Shown: piece by piece, positions 1-11,733 of the stretch | How the letters are laid out: each line of letters starts with the position of its first letter | Numbering within the stretch: position 1 is the stretch's first letter | Assembly: GCA_041747555.1 (NCBI GenBank) | Contig: JBGTEY010000013.1 | Location: 208,814-272,813 of the forward strand | Direction of reading: 5' to 3' | Length of the DNA: 64,000 bases | From: Patescibacteria group bacterium | Lineage (GTDB): Bacteria; Patescibacteriota; Microgenomatia; UBA1400; PJMF01 | Program-made: the position numbers and the translations under genes | Notes under the pieces: model-generated | What the model saw: the letters and a program-made list of their open reading frames with translations, nothing else | What the model was told of the DNA's origin: nothing | Database searches by the model: none

Positions 1-650
1 TCCTGTCAAATGGACATATTTGTCCAATTTGGTATACGGTTTTAGCATTATCTGGTTATTTTGATGTTGAAGAATTAAAAACACTCCGCAAACTTGGGTC
101 AAAGTTGCAGGGTCACCCTCACTTAAGCAGCGCACCAGGTATAGAAAATACTGCAGGACCACTGGGACAAGGTCTATCCCAAGCAGCGGGTATAGCACTG
201 GGAAACTTGATGGATGGCAAAAGAAATCATACCTACTGCATCATGAGTGATGGAGAACAACAAGAAGGTCAAAATTGGGAAGCATATATGTTTGCGGGGG
301 CACGACGCCTCCATAACTTAACCGTATTGATAGATCGAAATAATATTCAAATTGACGGATTTACCGAAGATATCATGCCACTACAACCATTTAAACATAA
401 ATTAGAGGCGTTTCGCTGGAATGTGCTCGACATTGATGGACACAATATTGAACAGATCATCGACGCCTGCAATCAAGCAAAATCCACCCAAGAACAACCA
501 ACCGCCATTATTTGTAACACCATCCCAGGTAAAGGTGTTGAATTTATGGAAGACATGGTGGAATGGCACGGTCAACCACCTGATAAAAAACAAGCACGCC
601 AAGCACTCAAGGATCTACGAACGCTCCAGGGCAGAATTTGGTGGGAGTAG
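1..650 (+). CDS. Transketolase N-terminal (TPP-binding) subunit, 5'-truncated by window
   Basis: Frame is open from position 3 (LSNGHICP...SKLQGHP); GPLGQGLS and SDGEQQEG...DRN TPP-binding motif. Confidence 0.95.
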   Translation, partial: LSNGHICPIWYTVLALSGYFDVEELKTLRKLGSKLQGHPHLSSAPGIENTAGPLGQGLSQAAGIALGNLMDGKRNHTYCIMSDGEQQEGQNWEAYMFAGARRLHNLTVLIDRNNIQIDGFTEDIMPLQPFKHKLEAFRWNVLDIDGHNIEQIIDACNQAKSTQEQPTAIICNTIPGKGVEFMEDMVEWHGQPPDKKQARQALKDLRTLQGRIWWE

Positions 651-680
651 CTAGAAATACGTGAGTAAATCAGGTCAATT

Positions 681-1649
681 ATGAGTTCAAAACAAAAAAA
701 ACAACCAACCGGCACCACCAGAGATGGATTTGGGGAAGGTTTGGTGGCTGCGGCTCAAGAAAATGACCAGATTGTGGGACTTTGTGCCGACCTGACTGAA
801 TCAACCAGAATGGAACAGTTTAGAGAAACGTTTCCTAAGCGATTTGTGCAGGTGGGAGTTGCAGAAGAAAATATGGTTGGCCTTGCTGCAGGTCTTGCAC
901 TGAGCGGAAAAGTTCCTTTCACCAGCAGCTATGCAGCGTTTAGTCCTGCAAATTCATGGGGACCAATTCGTTCCACGGTTTGTTATTCCAGGCTAAACGT
1001 GAAGTTCCACGGTGGACATTCAGGCCTTTCTGTAGGTCCAGATGGTGCCACGCACCAAGCATTAGAAGATATTGCACTCATGCGAGTTTTACCGCATATG
1101 ACAGTAGTCGTTCCTGCTGACAAAGGCCAGGCATTTGCTGCCACCAAAGCTATCGCCGCAGAACCAGGACCGTGCTACATCCGCACCAGCAAATTTGAAG
1201 TCGAAGAAGTGACGAAAGGTCACAGCTTTGAGCTTGGCAAAGCCCAGGTGCTATCAAAAGGCAAAGATGTCACCATCGTAGCCTGTGGAATTATGGTTGA
1301 ACGAGCAGTTGCGGCCGCCAAAAAACTGTCCGGTGAGATTTCAGCAACCGTCATCAACATGCACACCATTAAACCCCTCGATGTCAAAACACTCATGATT
1401 AATGTCAGTAAAACCCAAGCAGTGGTAGTCGCAGAAGATCACCAACGAGCAGGTGGACTCGGGTCGGCAATTGCAGAAGCAGTAGTGTTAGAAGATGTGC
1501 AAGTATTTATGGAACACGTGGCAGTAGAAGACACCTTTGGTGAATCAGGTCCTCCAGAAGAAGTATTGAAAAAATATGGCCTAACGCGTGATCATATTAT
1601 CGCGGCCGTAGAGAAGAGTATTTCGAGAAAAAAACACAACAGTAGATAA
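681..1649 (+). CDS. Transketolase C-terminal (pyrimidine-binding) subunit
   Basis: ADLTES, VGVAEENMVG, GPDGATHQALED, TIKPLD motifs; follows the N-terminal half. Confidence 0.95.
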   Translation: MSSKQKKQPTGTTRDGFGEGLVAAAQENDQIVGLCADLTESTRMEQFRETFPKRFVQVGVAEENMVGLAAGLALSGKVPFTSSYAAFSPANSWGPIRSTVCYSRLNVKFHGGHSGLSVGPDGATHQALEDIALMRVLPHMTVVVPADKGQAFAATKAIAAEPGPCYIRTSKFEVEEVTKGHSFELGKAQVLSKGKDVTIVACGIMVERAVAAAKKLSGEISATVINMHTIKPLDVKTLMINVSKTQAVVVAEDHQRAGGLGSAIAEAVVLEDVQVFMEHVAVEDTFGESGPPEEVLKKYGLTRDHIIAAVEKSISRKKHNSR

Positions 1650-1686
1650 ATAACACACATCTTCAAAATTGGCAGCTGCTCTTACC

Positions 1687-2532
1687 TTATTTCTGACAAT
1701 TCCCACAAACATACGTCCCACGTCCTGCAATTTTCATTTTTTGAATGTGCGCACTACAATTGGGACAAGGTTGACCCTCGCGTGCATACACCCGTCGCAC
1801 ATTTTGATAGGTGCCCGTCAAACCTTCTGCTGTCACGTAGGTATCAATGCTTGCGCCACCATGTTGAATTCCAAGCCGAATAACAGTTTTTGTTGCGGCA
1901 AGTAATCGCTCCGTTTCAGTTCTCGACAGAGTTTGAGCAATTCTTGTGGGGTGAATTTTTGCTAAGTTGAGCGCGTCACATGCATAGATATTTCCAACTC
2001 CCGCCGCCACACTATTGTCGAGTAAAAATTGCTTGATAGTAATGGATCGGCGCTGGGCTTTTTGAAAATAGTAGTCGATGGTGACCCCTGAATCAGTGAT
2101 ATCAGGACCATAATTCTTGAATTCATCGATGAGTGCGTCGCTCTCAAGATGCTTTACCCAACCAAAGATTCTCTGATCGTTGAAGTATAAGTTGCTCCCG
2201 TCTTCAAAAGAAAGTATCACTCGAGTATGACTGCTCGGCAAGTCTCTAGTCCAGTCGGCAGTGGGGTGTCCACCACCCAATTTTACTCTGTCATCAATGT
2301 AAATAAGCTGCCCAGTCATTTTGAGGTGCACCAGCAATGCCGTATTGTCAGACAGCGAGATGGTGATTATTTTCGCCCGCCTGCTGATATCCACAACTGA
2401 TTTTGCAGCAAGTTGTGATTTTTGCCCCTGAAAACTTTTTGGATGTAGAATTGCAATTTTTTGTATTGTTTTACCAGGTAAAACCGATTGCAGTCTTTGG
2501 GCAATGGTTTCAACTTCGGGAAGTTCTGGCAT
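1687..2532 (-). CDS. mutM: Formamidopyrimidine-DNA glycosylase
   Basis: N-terminal MPELPEVET, HLKMTG, GVGNIYA H2TH motif, C-terminal CPNC...CGNCQ zinc finger. Confidence 0.97.
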   Translation of the reverse strand: MPELPEVETIAQRLQSVLPGKTIQKIAILHPKSFQGQKSQLAAKSVVDISRRAKIITISLSDNTALLVHLKMTGQLIYIDDRVKLGGGHPTADWTRDLPSSHTRVILSFEDGSNLYFNDQRIFGWVKHLESDALIDEFKNYGPDITDSGVTIDYYFQKAQRRSITIKQFLLDNSVAAGVGNIYACDALNLAKIHPTRIAQTLSRTETERLLAATKTVIRLGIQHGGASIDTYVTAEGLTGTYQNVRRVYAREGQPCPNCSAHIQKMKIAGRGTYVCGNCQK

Positions 2533-2558
2533 GATTTATTTAAAGTAGAGGGGTAGTT

Positions 2559-2635
2559 TGGTGGGTCCGCCGGGACTCGAACCCGGGACGCACAGCTTAA
2601 AAGGCTGTCGCTCTAACCGACTGAGCTACGGACCC
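2559..2635 (-). tRNA. tRNA-Lys(UUU)
   Basis: Reverse complement folds into a cloverleaf; anticodon arm ACAGC-CTTTTAA-GCTGT; GGTTCGAGTCC T-arm; CCA encoded. Confidence 0.96.
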
Positions 2636-2784
2636 CCATGAACAGGTAGTATTGTAACACTTTTATCGATGAATGCAGATAAGAAATTCCGATACGATTC
2701 CACACCTTGCAAAAGCCAAATATTTTTTTCATACTACTAGCTGAACCTTTTGCAAAGGACTGCTATACTAGTTACTAAGCCTGC

Positions 2785-4797
2785 ATGCTCAATACACAAA
2801 AACTACTCTACATTCTTCCTGATTTAGCTTACGTTGCAGAGCTTCTTCCTGCAAAAAAGGCGCATACATTTTCTGTCCAATCATTTCGTCAGATCAATGG
2901 CGATTTCATTGATGATAACGAATTCATTGACAAAAATATCGCCAAACTCTTTTCTAAAATTGACCCAGAGGAATACCACATTATTATTCCTGATTTTCTT
3001 TTTACGAATACTATTGTCACCGTAGCAGAAAAAAATGACGCCAAAATTAAAGCGTATCTCAAGGACACACTTCTACCAGATCTTGATCTAAAACCAAAAA
3101 CTCATCTTCTCGAGCCGTTTGTCCTAACAGAGTTTAAAGGTACAGCCAAAGTGCAGCTCTCAGCACTAGAAAAAACGCTTACCAAACCGCTTGCGGTCTG
3201 TGCAGACGCAGCCGGAGTTACCATAAAGGCAATTTCGCCACTCAGCTGGACCATTAAATCGCTTGTATCCCTCGAGCCATCGATTAGTATCGTTCAAGTT
3301 GGATCATATCTTTATACCGCTCAGCACTACATCGGCATTGATATGACGACGCATACTACTATAGAGGAGATGGAAACTATTGCCGAAACCATCAAAACGC
3401 TCAAAGGTGCAGAGCCAAGCATTCAAACGGTCTACTTACTCTCCAATAGCGTGGTAGAAGAAAAACTCAAGGAGTTGCTGAGCAACACCCTACCACTCCA
3501 ACAACTCGTTACCGGTACAGATGAGGACGCGCAGATGCCGTCGTATGTGCAACAAATGATCGAGTCAGGCATGCAAACCTTGTCTATTTCTGATTATCCA
3601 GTGCCTCAATTCAAACCCAACTTAGTACAAGACGATGATAGAAAAGAATTTAAGGAAATTGTCGCGATTGCTTCAAGTCCAGCCACTGCTAAGCCCGACG
3701 ACTCTTCACCAGATTCTACGGATGAAGACGAAGAAGAGGATGAGGAAGAGAAAGAAGATATCAAAGTGGACAAGAAGAAAAAGGATGAGGGTGGAATTGA
3801 CTTAGACGATGAAGACGAAGAGGATTCCAAAATGCAGGCAGAGCCAGAAAAAGACTCTTCAGAACTGCCTAAGCCAACAATGCCCGCCATCGTTGGTGGT
3901 GCAGTTGCCGTTCCCTCAAATGTTAAATCCTTGTCACTCGATGATGAGACGGAAGCAGATGAATCCGAAACCGACGACACCACAGTAGACTCAAAGCAAG
4001 ATGAGCTTGATGCAGCCAGAGAAAAAGTAGAGGATATTACAGATTCTATTGAAAAGCCCGACAAAACCACAAACGCATCTAGCAAATTACATACCAAACA
4101 TGATACTATTGAATCAACTTCTGAGGTAAAAACGGATGAAACTAGCACTACTGACACTGATGATTCTGACGACACTGAAGAAACTGTGGAGGAAGAAGAA
4201 GGCGAACCAGAAAAAATAAATCTGTCTCAATTCGCCAAAACCTCAGGCACAACGGCGCCGACCATAAATACGTCTGCCACAACTAAAAAGAAAATTATAA
4301 AAAACAAATCGGGGGTCAACACTATGCTTAAGATGGTCTTCATAACACTAGCAGTCTTTTTTGCCACCGTCGCGGTCGGCGTAGGTGTAGGTCTTGGCAT
4401 TTTATCGATCACTAATAACGACGCCGGAGTTGACACAAGTCCAGTGGTAGAAAGTACCCCATCTTCAATAGCATCTTCAGAACCATCCCCGTCTCCTTCA
4501 CCAGAACCAGCAATTGCACCAGAAGAACTTTCCATATTGGTTGTAAATGCAACCACCACTGCTGGATACGCAGGTACCTTTGCTGATCAACTTGAAGAAG
4601 CAGAAGTTGGCACAGTAGACGCTGGAAACGCCAGCGGAGACTATGAAGAAGGATTTTATCTACTCATGGAAGAAGAAAATCAAGCACTTCTTGACTTCGT
4701 CGCAGAAGCAACTGATTTGACGCTCACCTACAGCGAAGAGGTTTCAGTAGAGGATTCTGAGGGAGAGTATGACGCGGTCTTAGTCCTCGCGGAGTAA
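2785..4797 (+). CDS. Membrane protein: PilM-like N-terminus, long acidic disordered linker, one TM helix, C-terminal LytR_C-like domain
   Basis: TM VFITLAVFFATVAVGVGVGLGIL; ILVVNATTTAGYAG matches the LytR_C start pattern; D/E/T/S-rich middle; PilM similarity judged by eye only. Confidence 0.6.
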   Translation: MLNTQKLLYILPDLAYVAELLPAKKAHTFSVQSFRQINGDFIDDNEFIDKNIAKLFSKIDPEEYHIIIPDFLFTNTIVTVAEKNDAKIKAYLKDTLLPDLDLKPKTHLLEPFVLTEFKGTAKVQLSALEKTLTKPLAVCADAAGVTIKAISPLSWTIKSLVSLEPSISIVQVGSYLYTAQHYIGIDMTTHTTIEEMETIAETIKTLKGAEPSIQTVYLLSNSVVEEKLKELLSNTLPLQQLVTGTDEDAQMPSYVQQMIESGMQTLSISDYPVPQFKPNLVQDDDRKEFKEIVAIASSPATAKPDDSSPDSTDEDEEEDEEEKEDIKVDKKKKDEGGIDLDDEDEEDSKMQAEPEKDSSELPKPTMPAIVGGAVAVPSNVKSLSLDDETEADESETDDTTVDSKQDELDAAREKVEDITDSIEKPDKTTNASSKLHTKHDTIESTSEVKTDETSTTDTDDSDDTEETVEEEEGEPEKINLSQFAKTSGTTAPTINTSATTKKKIIKNKSGVNTMLKMVFITLAVFFATVAVGVGVGLGILSITNNDAGVDTSPVVESTPSSIASSEPSPSPSPEPAIAPEELSILVVNATTTAGYAGTFADQLEEAEVGTVDAGNASGDYEEGFYLLMEEENQALLDFVAEATDLTLTYSEEVSVEDSEGEYDAVLVLAE

Positions 4798-4953
4798 CAA
4801 CTTACAAGCACTGAGCATACGCACTGCGTACATATTTTGTTACTTGATGAATAGTAAAGACGCGTTATAATCCAGATTGTTCGCTTGCGTTTGACATGCA
4901 AAAACATGTTAATCGCTCAGTATCGGTTACCAAAAAAATAGAAATTTGAAGAG

Positions 4954-6089
<1,136 letters not shown>

Positions 6090-6138
6090 TCACGAGCTGA
6101 GAGTTTGAAAACGCAATCCTAAATACAAAAGGAGTAGT

Positions 6139-6624
6139 ATGGATATTCAACTTACACAAATACTTTTTCAACTGATTAACTTCAGTGTTGTTCTTGGTGC
6201 TTTAACGTACCTCTTGTACAAGCCTGTTCTCAAAATCTTTGATGAGCGAGCGAGAAGAATTCATGAGGGTCAAAAAGCAGCAGAAGAAGCAATGGAAACT
6301 CAAAACCATATTGAGGAAATAAAAAAAGAAGCTTCCACTTCACTAAAGAGAGAGCGCTCGCGAATGCTTAAAGAAGCACAAGCAGAAGCAGAAGCGCAAA
6401 AAGCTTCCATACTAGAAAAAGCTAACAAACAAGCCGAGCTTGACCTTGAAAAAAAGAAGGCTGCATGGGCACAAGAACATCAACAATTGCTTGCAAATAG
6501 CAAAAATGAAATGATTGAAGCCGTTATCAGCGTTGCTGAGAAAGTAATCGGCGATTCACTTGATACCAAGAGTCAAACTAAATTGATTGATAAAGAACTA
6601 TCTTCAATCATAAAAGCACTCTAG
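6139..6624 (+). CDS. atpF: ATP synthase subunit b
   Basis: N-terminal TM (QLINFSVVL...YKPVLKIFDER) followed by a coiled coil; operon position. Confidence 0.95.
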   Translation: MDIQLTQILFQLINFSVVLGALTYLLYKPVLKIFDERARRIHEGQKAAEEAMETQNHIEEIKKEASTSLKRERSRMLKEAQAEAEAQKASILEKANKQAELDLEKKKAAWAQEHQQLLANSKNEMIEAVISVAEKVIGDSLDTKSQTKLIDKELSSIIKAL

Positions 6625-6635
6625 AGCGCATAAAC

Positions 6636-6872
6636 ATGAAAGACACACTACACGTTACCATTATTACCGCTGTTCCACTTTCGAGTACACAACGGAAAAC
6701 TATCGAATCAGGCGTATCAAAAAAATACCCAAACCAGAGTGTCGCCATTACTGAAGAAATTGATCCACAACTAATTGGAGGAGTTCGACTCCGCATCGGA
6801 TCAGTAGAACATGATCATTCGGTTGCTGGCAAACTCGAACAACTTCGAACTGTGTTAACCAAGACTGACTAA
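6636..6872 (+). CDS. atpH: ATP synthase subunit delta (C-terminal domain only, 78 aa)
   Basis: TAVPLS...IDPQLIGGVRLRIG..HDHSV...LEQL; lies between atpF and atpA. Confidence 0.9.
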   Translation: MKDTLHVTIITAVPLSSTQRKTIESGVSKKYPNQSVAITEEIDPQLIGGVRLRIGSVEHDHSVAGKLEQLRTVLTKTD

Positions 6873-6882
6873 GAGGAACTTC

Positions 6883-8397
6883 ATGCCAAAAAAACAAACC
6901 TTGAACTTTTCCATTGCTGATCAAATTGAGCAAGCAGATATTTCAATTGACCCACAATCAGTCGGAACTGTTCAATCATATGGCGATGGCGTGGCAACAA
7001 TCAATGGACTCGATGACGTTCAAGCGGGTGAGCTCGTTGACCTTGGCAAAAATACTTTCGGTCTCGCACTCAACTTAAATAAAGAAACCACCGGCGTCGT
7101 CGCCCTTGGAGATGCAAATCACCTCAAGCCAGGTAATACTGTCCGTCGCACTGGCCGAATCCTTTCAATTGGGGTCTCAGATGACATTCTTGGCCGTGTT
7201 GTTGACACACTTGGACGTCCTTTAGACGGGGGCACAGAAATTGCCATCGATAAATACATGCTCCTCGAAAAGCGTGCGCCTGGCATTATGCCGCGAAAAT
7301 CAGTATCCGTCCCACTCCAAACTGGAATTAAAGCAATTGACGCCATGATCCCAATTGGCCGCGGTCAGCGTGAGCTTATCATTGGAGACCGATCAACGGG
7401 TAAAACAGCAGTCGCACTCGGCACCATCCTCAACCAAGCTGGCGAAGACGTAATTTGCGTCTACGTCAATATTGGTCAAAAACGTTCTTCCCTTGCTCAA
7501 ATTACCCAAATTTTAGAAGAGCATGGCGCATTTGAGTACACAACAATCGTTTCTGCATCTGCATCAGTTTCTGCAGCAGAAAAATTCTTAGCTCCCTATG
7601 CAGGTCAAGCAATTGCTGAATACTTTTTAGAAAAAGGTAAAGATGTCTTGATTATTTTTGACGACCTTACCAAGCATGCTGATGCGTATCGTGAAATTTC
7701 ACTCCTCCTCAGACGCCCATCTGGTCGTGAAGCTTATCCTGGTGATGTCTTCTATCTCCACTCAAGATTGCTCGAGCGATCGTGTCGGTTGAATGATGAC
7801 CATGGTGGCGGATCCATTACTGCGCTTCCAATTATCGAAACCCAACAAAATGACGTCTCTGCATTTATTCCAACCAACGTTATTTCTATTACTGACGGTC
7901 AAATTTATCTGCAATCAGACCTCTTTAACGCGGGTATGAAACCTGCTATTAATGTAGGATTGTCAGTGTCTCGTGTTGGATCTGCGGCACAAAGAAAAGC
8001 CATGAAACAAGTTGCAGGAACCATGAAACTCGACCTCGCACAATTTAGAGAACTCCAAGCATTCGCTCAATTTGCCTCAGATCTTGATGACAGAACCAAA
8101 TCAGTTCTCGAGAGAGGTCAACGAGTCAATGAAATCCTCAAGCAAGGCTGGGACCAACCGCTCAAAATGGAAGAACAAGTCGTGGTAATTTTCGCTGCAG
8201 TTAAGGGCCATCTCGATACTATCAAACTTGAGAAAATCACTGCTTGGGAGCGTGATTACCTCGAGTATATTAAAACTTCTCACGCAGGCATTCTCAAAGA
8301 AATCGCAACTGAGCTCAAAGTCTCTGAAAAACTAGAAGAAAAACTCACCCAAGCTGTAACCACCTTCCTCAGCCTGAGCGAGGAATACAGCAATTAG
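6883..8397 (+). CDS. atpA: ATP synthase subunit alpha
   Basis: GRGQRELIIGDRSTGKT, GREAYPGDVFYLHSRLLER. Confidence 0.98.
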   Translation: MPKKQTLNFSIADQIEQADISIDPQSVGTVQSYGDGVATINGLDDVQAGELVDLGKNTFGLALNLNKETTGVVALGDANHLKPGNTVRRTGRILSIGVSDDILGRVVDTLGRPLDGGTEIAIDKYMLLEKRAPGIMPRKSVSVPLQTGIKAIDAMIPIGRGQRELIIGDRSTGKTAVALGTILNQAGEDVICVYVNIGQKRSSLAQITQILEEHGAFEYTTIVSASASVSAAEKFLAPYAGQAIAEYFLEKGKDVLIIFDDLTKHADAYREISLLLRRPSGREAYPGDVFYLHSRLLERSCRLNDDHGGGSITALPIIETQQNDVSAFIPTNVISITDGQIYLQSDLFNAGMKPAINVGLSVSRVGSAAQRKAMKQVAGTMKLDLAQFRELQAFAQFASDLDDRTKSVLERGQRVNEILKQGWDQPLKMEEQVVVIFAAVKGHLDTIKLEKITAWERDYLEYIKTSHAGILKEIATELKVSEKLEEKLTQAVTTFLSLSEEYSN

Positions 8398-8417
8398 TAG
8401 ACTGATCACCGCACACC

Positions 8418-10702
<2,285 letters not shown>

Positions 10703-10722
10703 AGCTTACTACAGAAAATATC

Positions 10723-11139
10723 ATGAAACTACAACTATCAGTTGTTTCTCAAGAAAGTCAACTTCTTTCAACAGAAGCTGACACCATTACCGCACCAACC
10801 ACCACTGGCGAGGTGACTATTCTACCGAAGCATATTCCGCTCTATAGCAAGCTTCAGACCGGACAATTTTCATACTCAAATGATGGCAAACAGCACTGGC
10901 TCATTATTTCTGATGGTTTTATTACCGTTTCACCAGAAAATGAAGTTACAGTGATTGTAGACGCGGCAACGCTTGCCCGTGATGTTAGTGAACAAAAAGC
11001 ACGAGAAGCTATTCAAGCTGCCAAAAAAACCATGGAAACTACCACCGACCGCAGAGAATTACTTATGGCTGAAGCATCACTTAAAAAAGCCATGCTTGAA
11101 ATTAAGTTGGCACAGCAATCAAAACGATCCTCCCGATAA
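10723..11139 (+). CDS. atpC: ATP synthase subunit epsilon
   Basis: TGEVTILPKHIPL, ISDGFITV; last gene of the operon. Confidence 0.94.
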   Translation: MKLQLSVVSQESQLLSTEADTITAPTTTGEVTILPKHIPLYSKLQTGQFSYSNDGKQHWLIISDGFITVSPENEVTVIVDAATLARDVSEQKAREAIQAAKKTMETTTDRRELLMAEASLKKAMLEIKLAQQSKRSSR

Positions 11140-11187
11140 AAACAAAAAGACTTGCTCTTTAGTAAAAAGTAGGTATACTTACACTCT

Positions 11188-11667
11188 ATGGCGAACCAAA
11201 AAACACCAACTATCGAATTAACTAAGGAAGGTTTCGACGAACTTCAGGCAGAACTTGCTGAACTTCGTGATGTCAAACTTCCTGCCGTTATTGCTCGAGT
11301 TGCCAAAGCGCGCGAACACGGCGATCTATCAGAAAACGCCGAGTATCACAGTGCTCAAGATGATCAACAACTCATCGAGACAAGAATTGCAGAAATTGAT
11401 TCTATTCTTTCTAAAGCAAAAGTAGTTCAACACACCAAAAGTAGCCTTAAAGTCGGCATCGGCTCCAAAGTTGAAGTCAAGAAAAAAGGCGCCAAAAAAG
11501 GCACCACGTTTAGTATCGTTGGAGAGTACGAATCAAACCCAGCTGAAGGCAAAATCTCAAGTGTTTCGCCACTCGGTAAGGCATTGATTGGTAAGAAGAA
11601 GGGCGACACAGTTCAGGTGGAGGCGCCAAGCGGAACAATTTCCTACGAGATTCTTCAAATCAAGTAA
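11188..11667 (+). CDS. greA: Transcription elongation factor GreA
   Basis: AREHGDLSENAEY acidic tip, ISSVSPLGKALIGKKKGD. Confidence 0.96.
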   Translation: MANQKTPTIELTKEGFDELQAELAELRDVKLPAVIARVAKAREHGDLSENAEYHSAQDDQQLIETRIAEIDSILSKAKVVQHTKSSLKVGIGSKVEVKKKGAKKGTTFSIVGEYESNPAEGKISSVSPLGKALIGKKKGDTVQVEAPSGTISYEILQIK

Positions 11668-11733
11668 CCACAATCTCAATTCAACAAGAAAAATTGCCTT
11701 CATCTCAGTATAATCACCGTGAGAGGTATTTCT

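Noticed and set aside
2706-2758. Inverted repeat CCTTGCAAAAG...CTTTTGCAAAGG
   Set aside because: Short, with a long AT-rich spacer inside a divergent promoter region; no second copy or function is supportable.
3606-4559. Long Ser-rich antisense ORFs (189 and 110 aa)
   Set aside because: They are shadows of the D/E-rich low-complexity sense gene.
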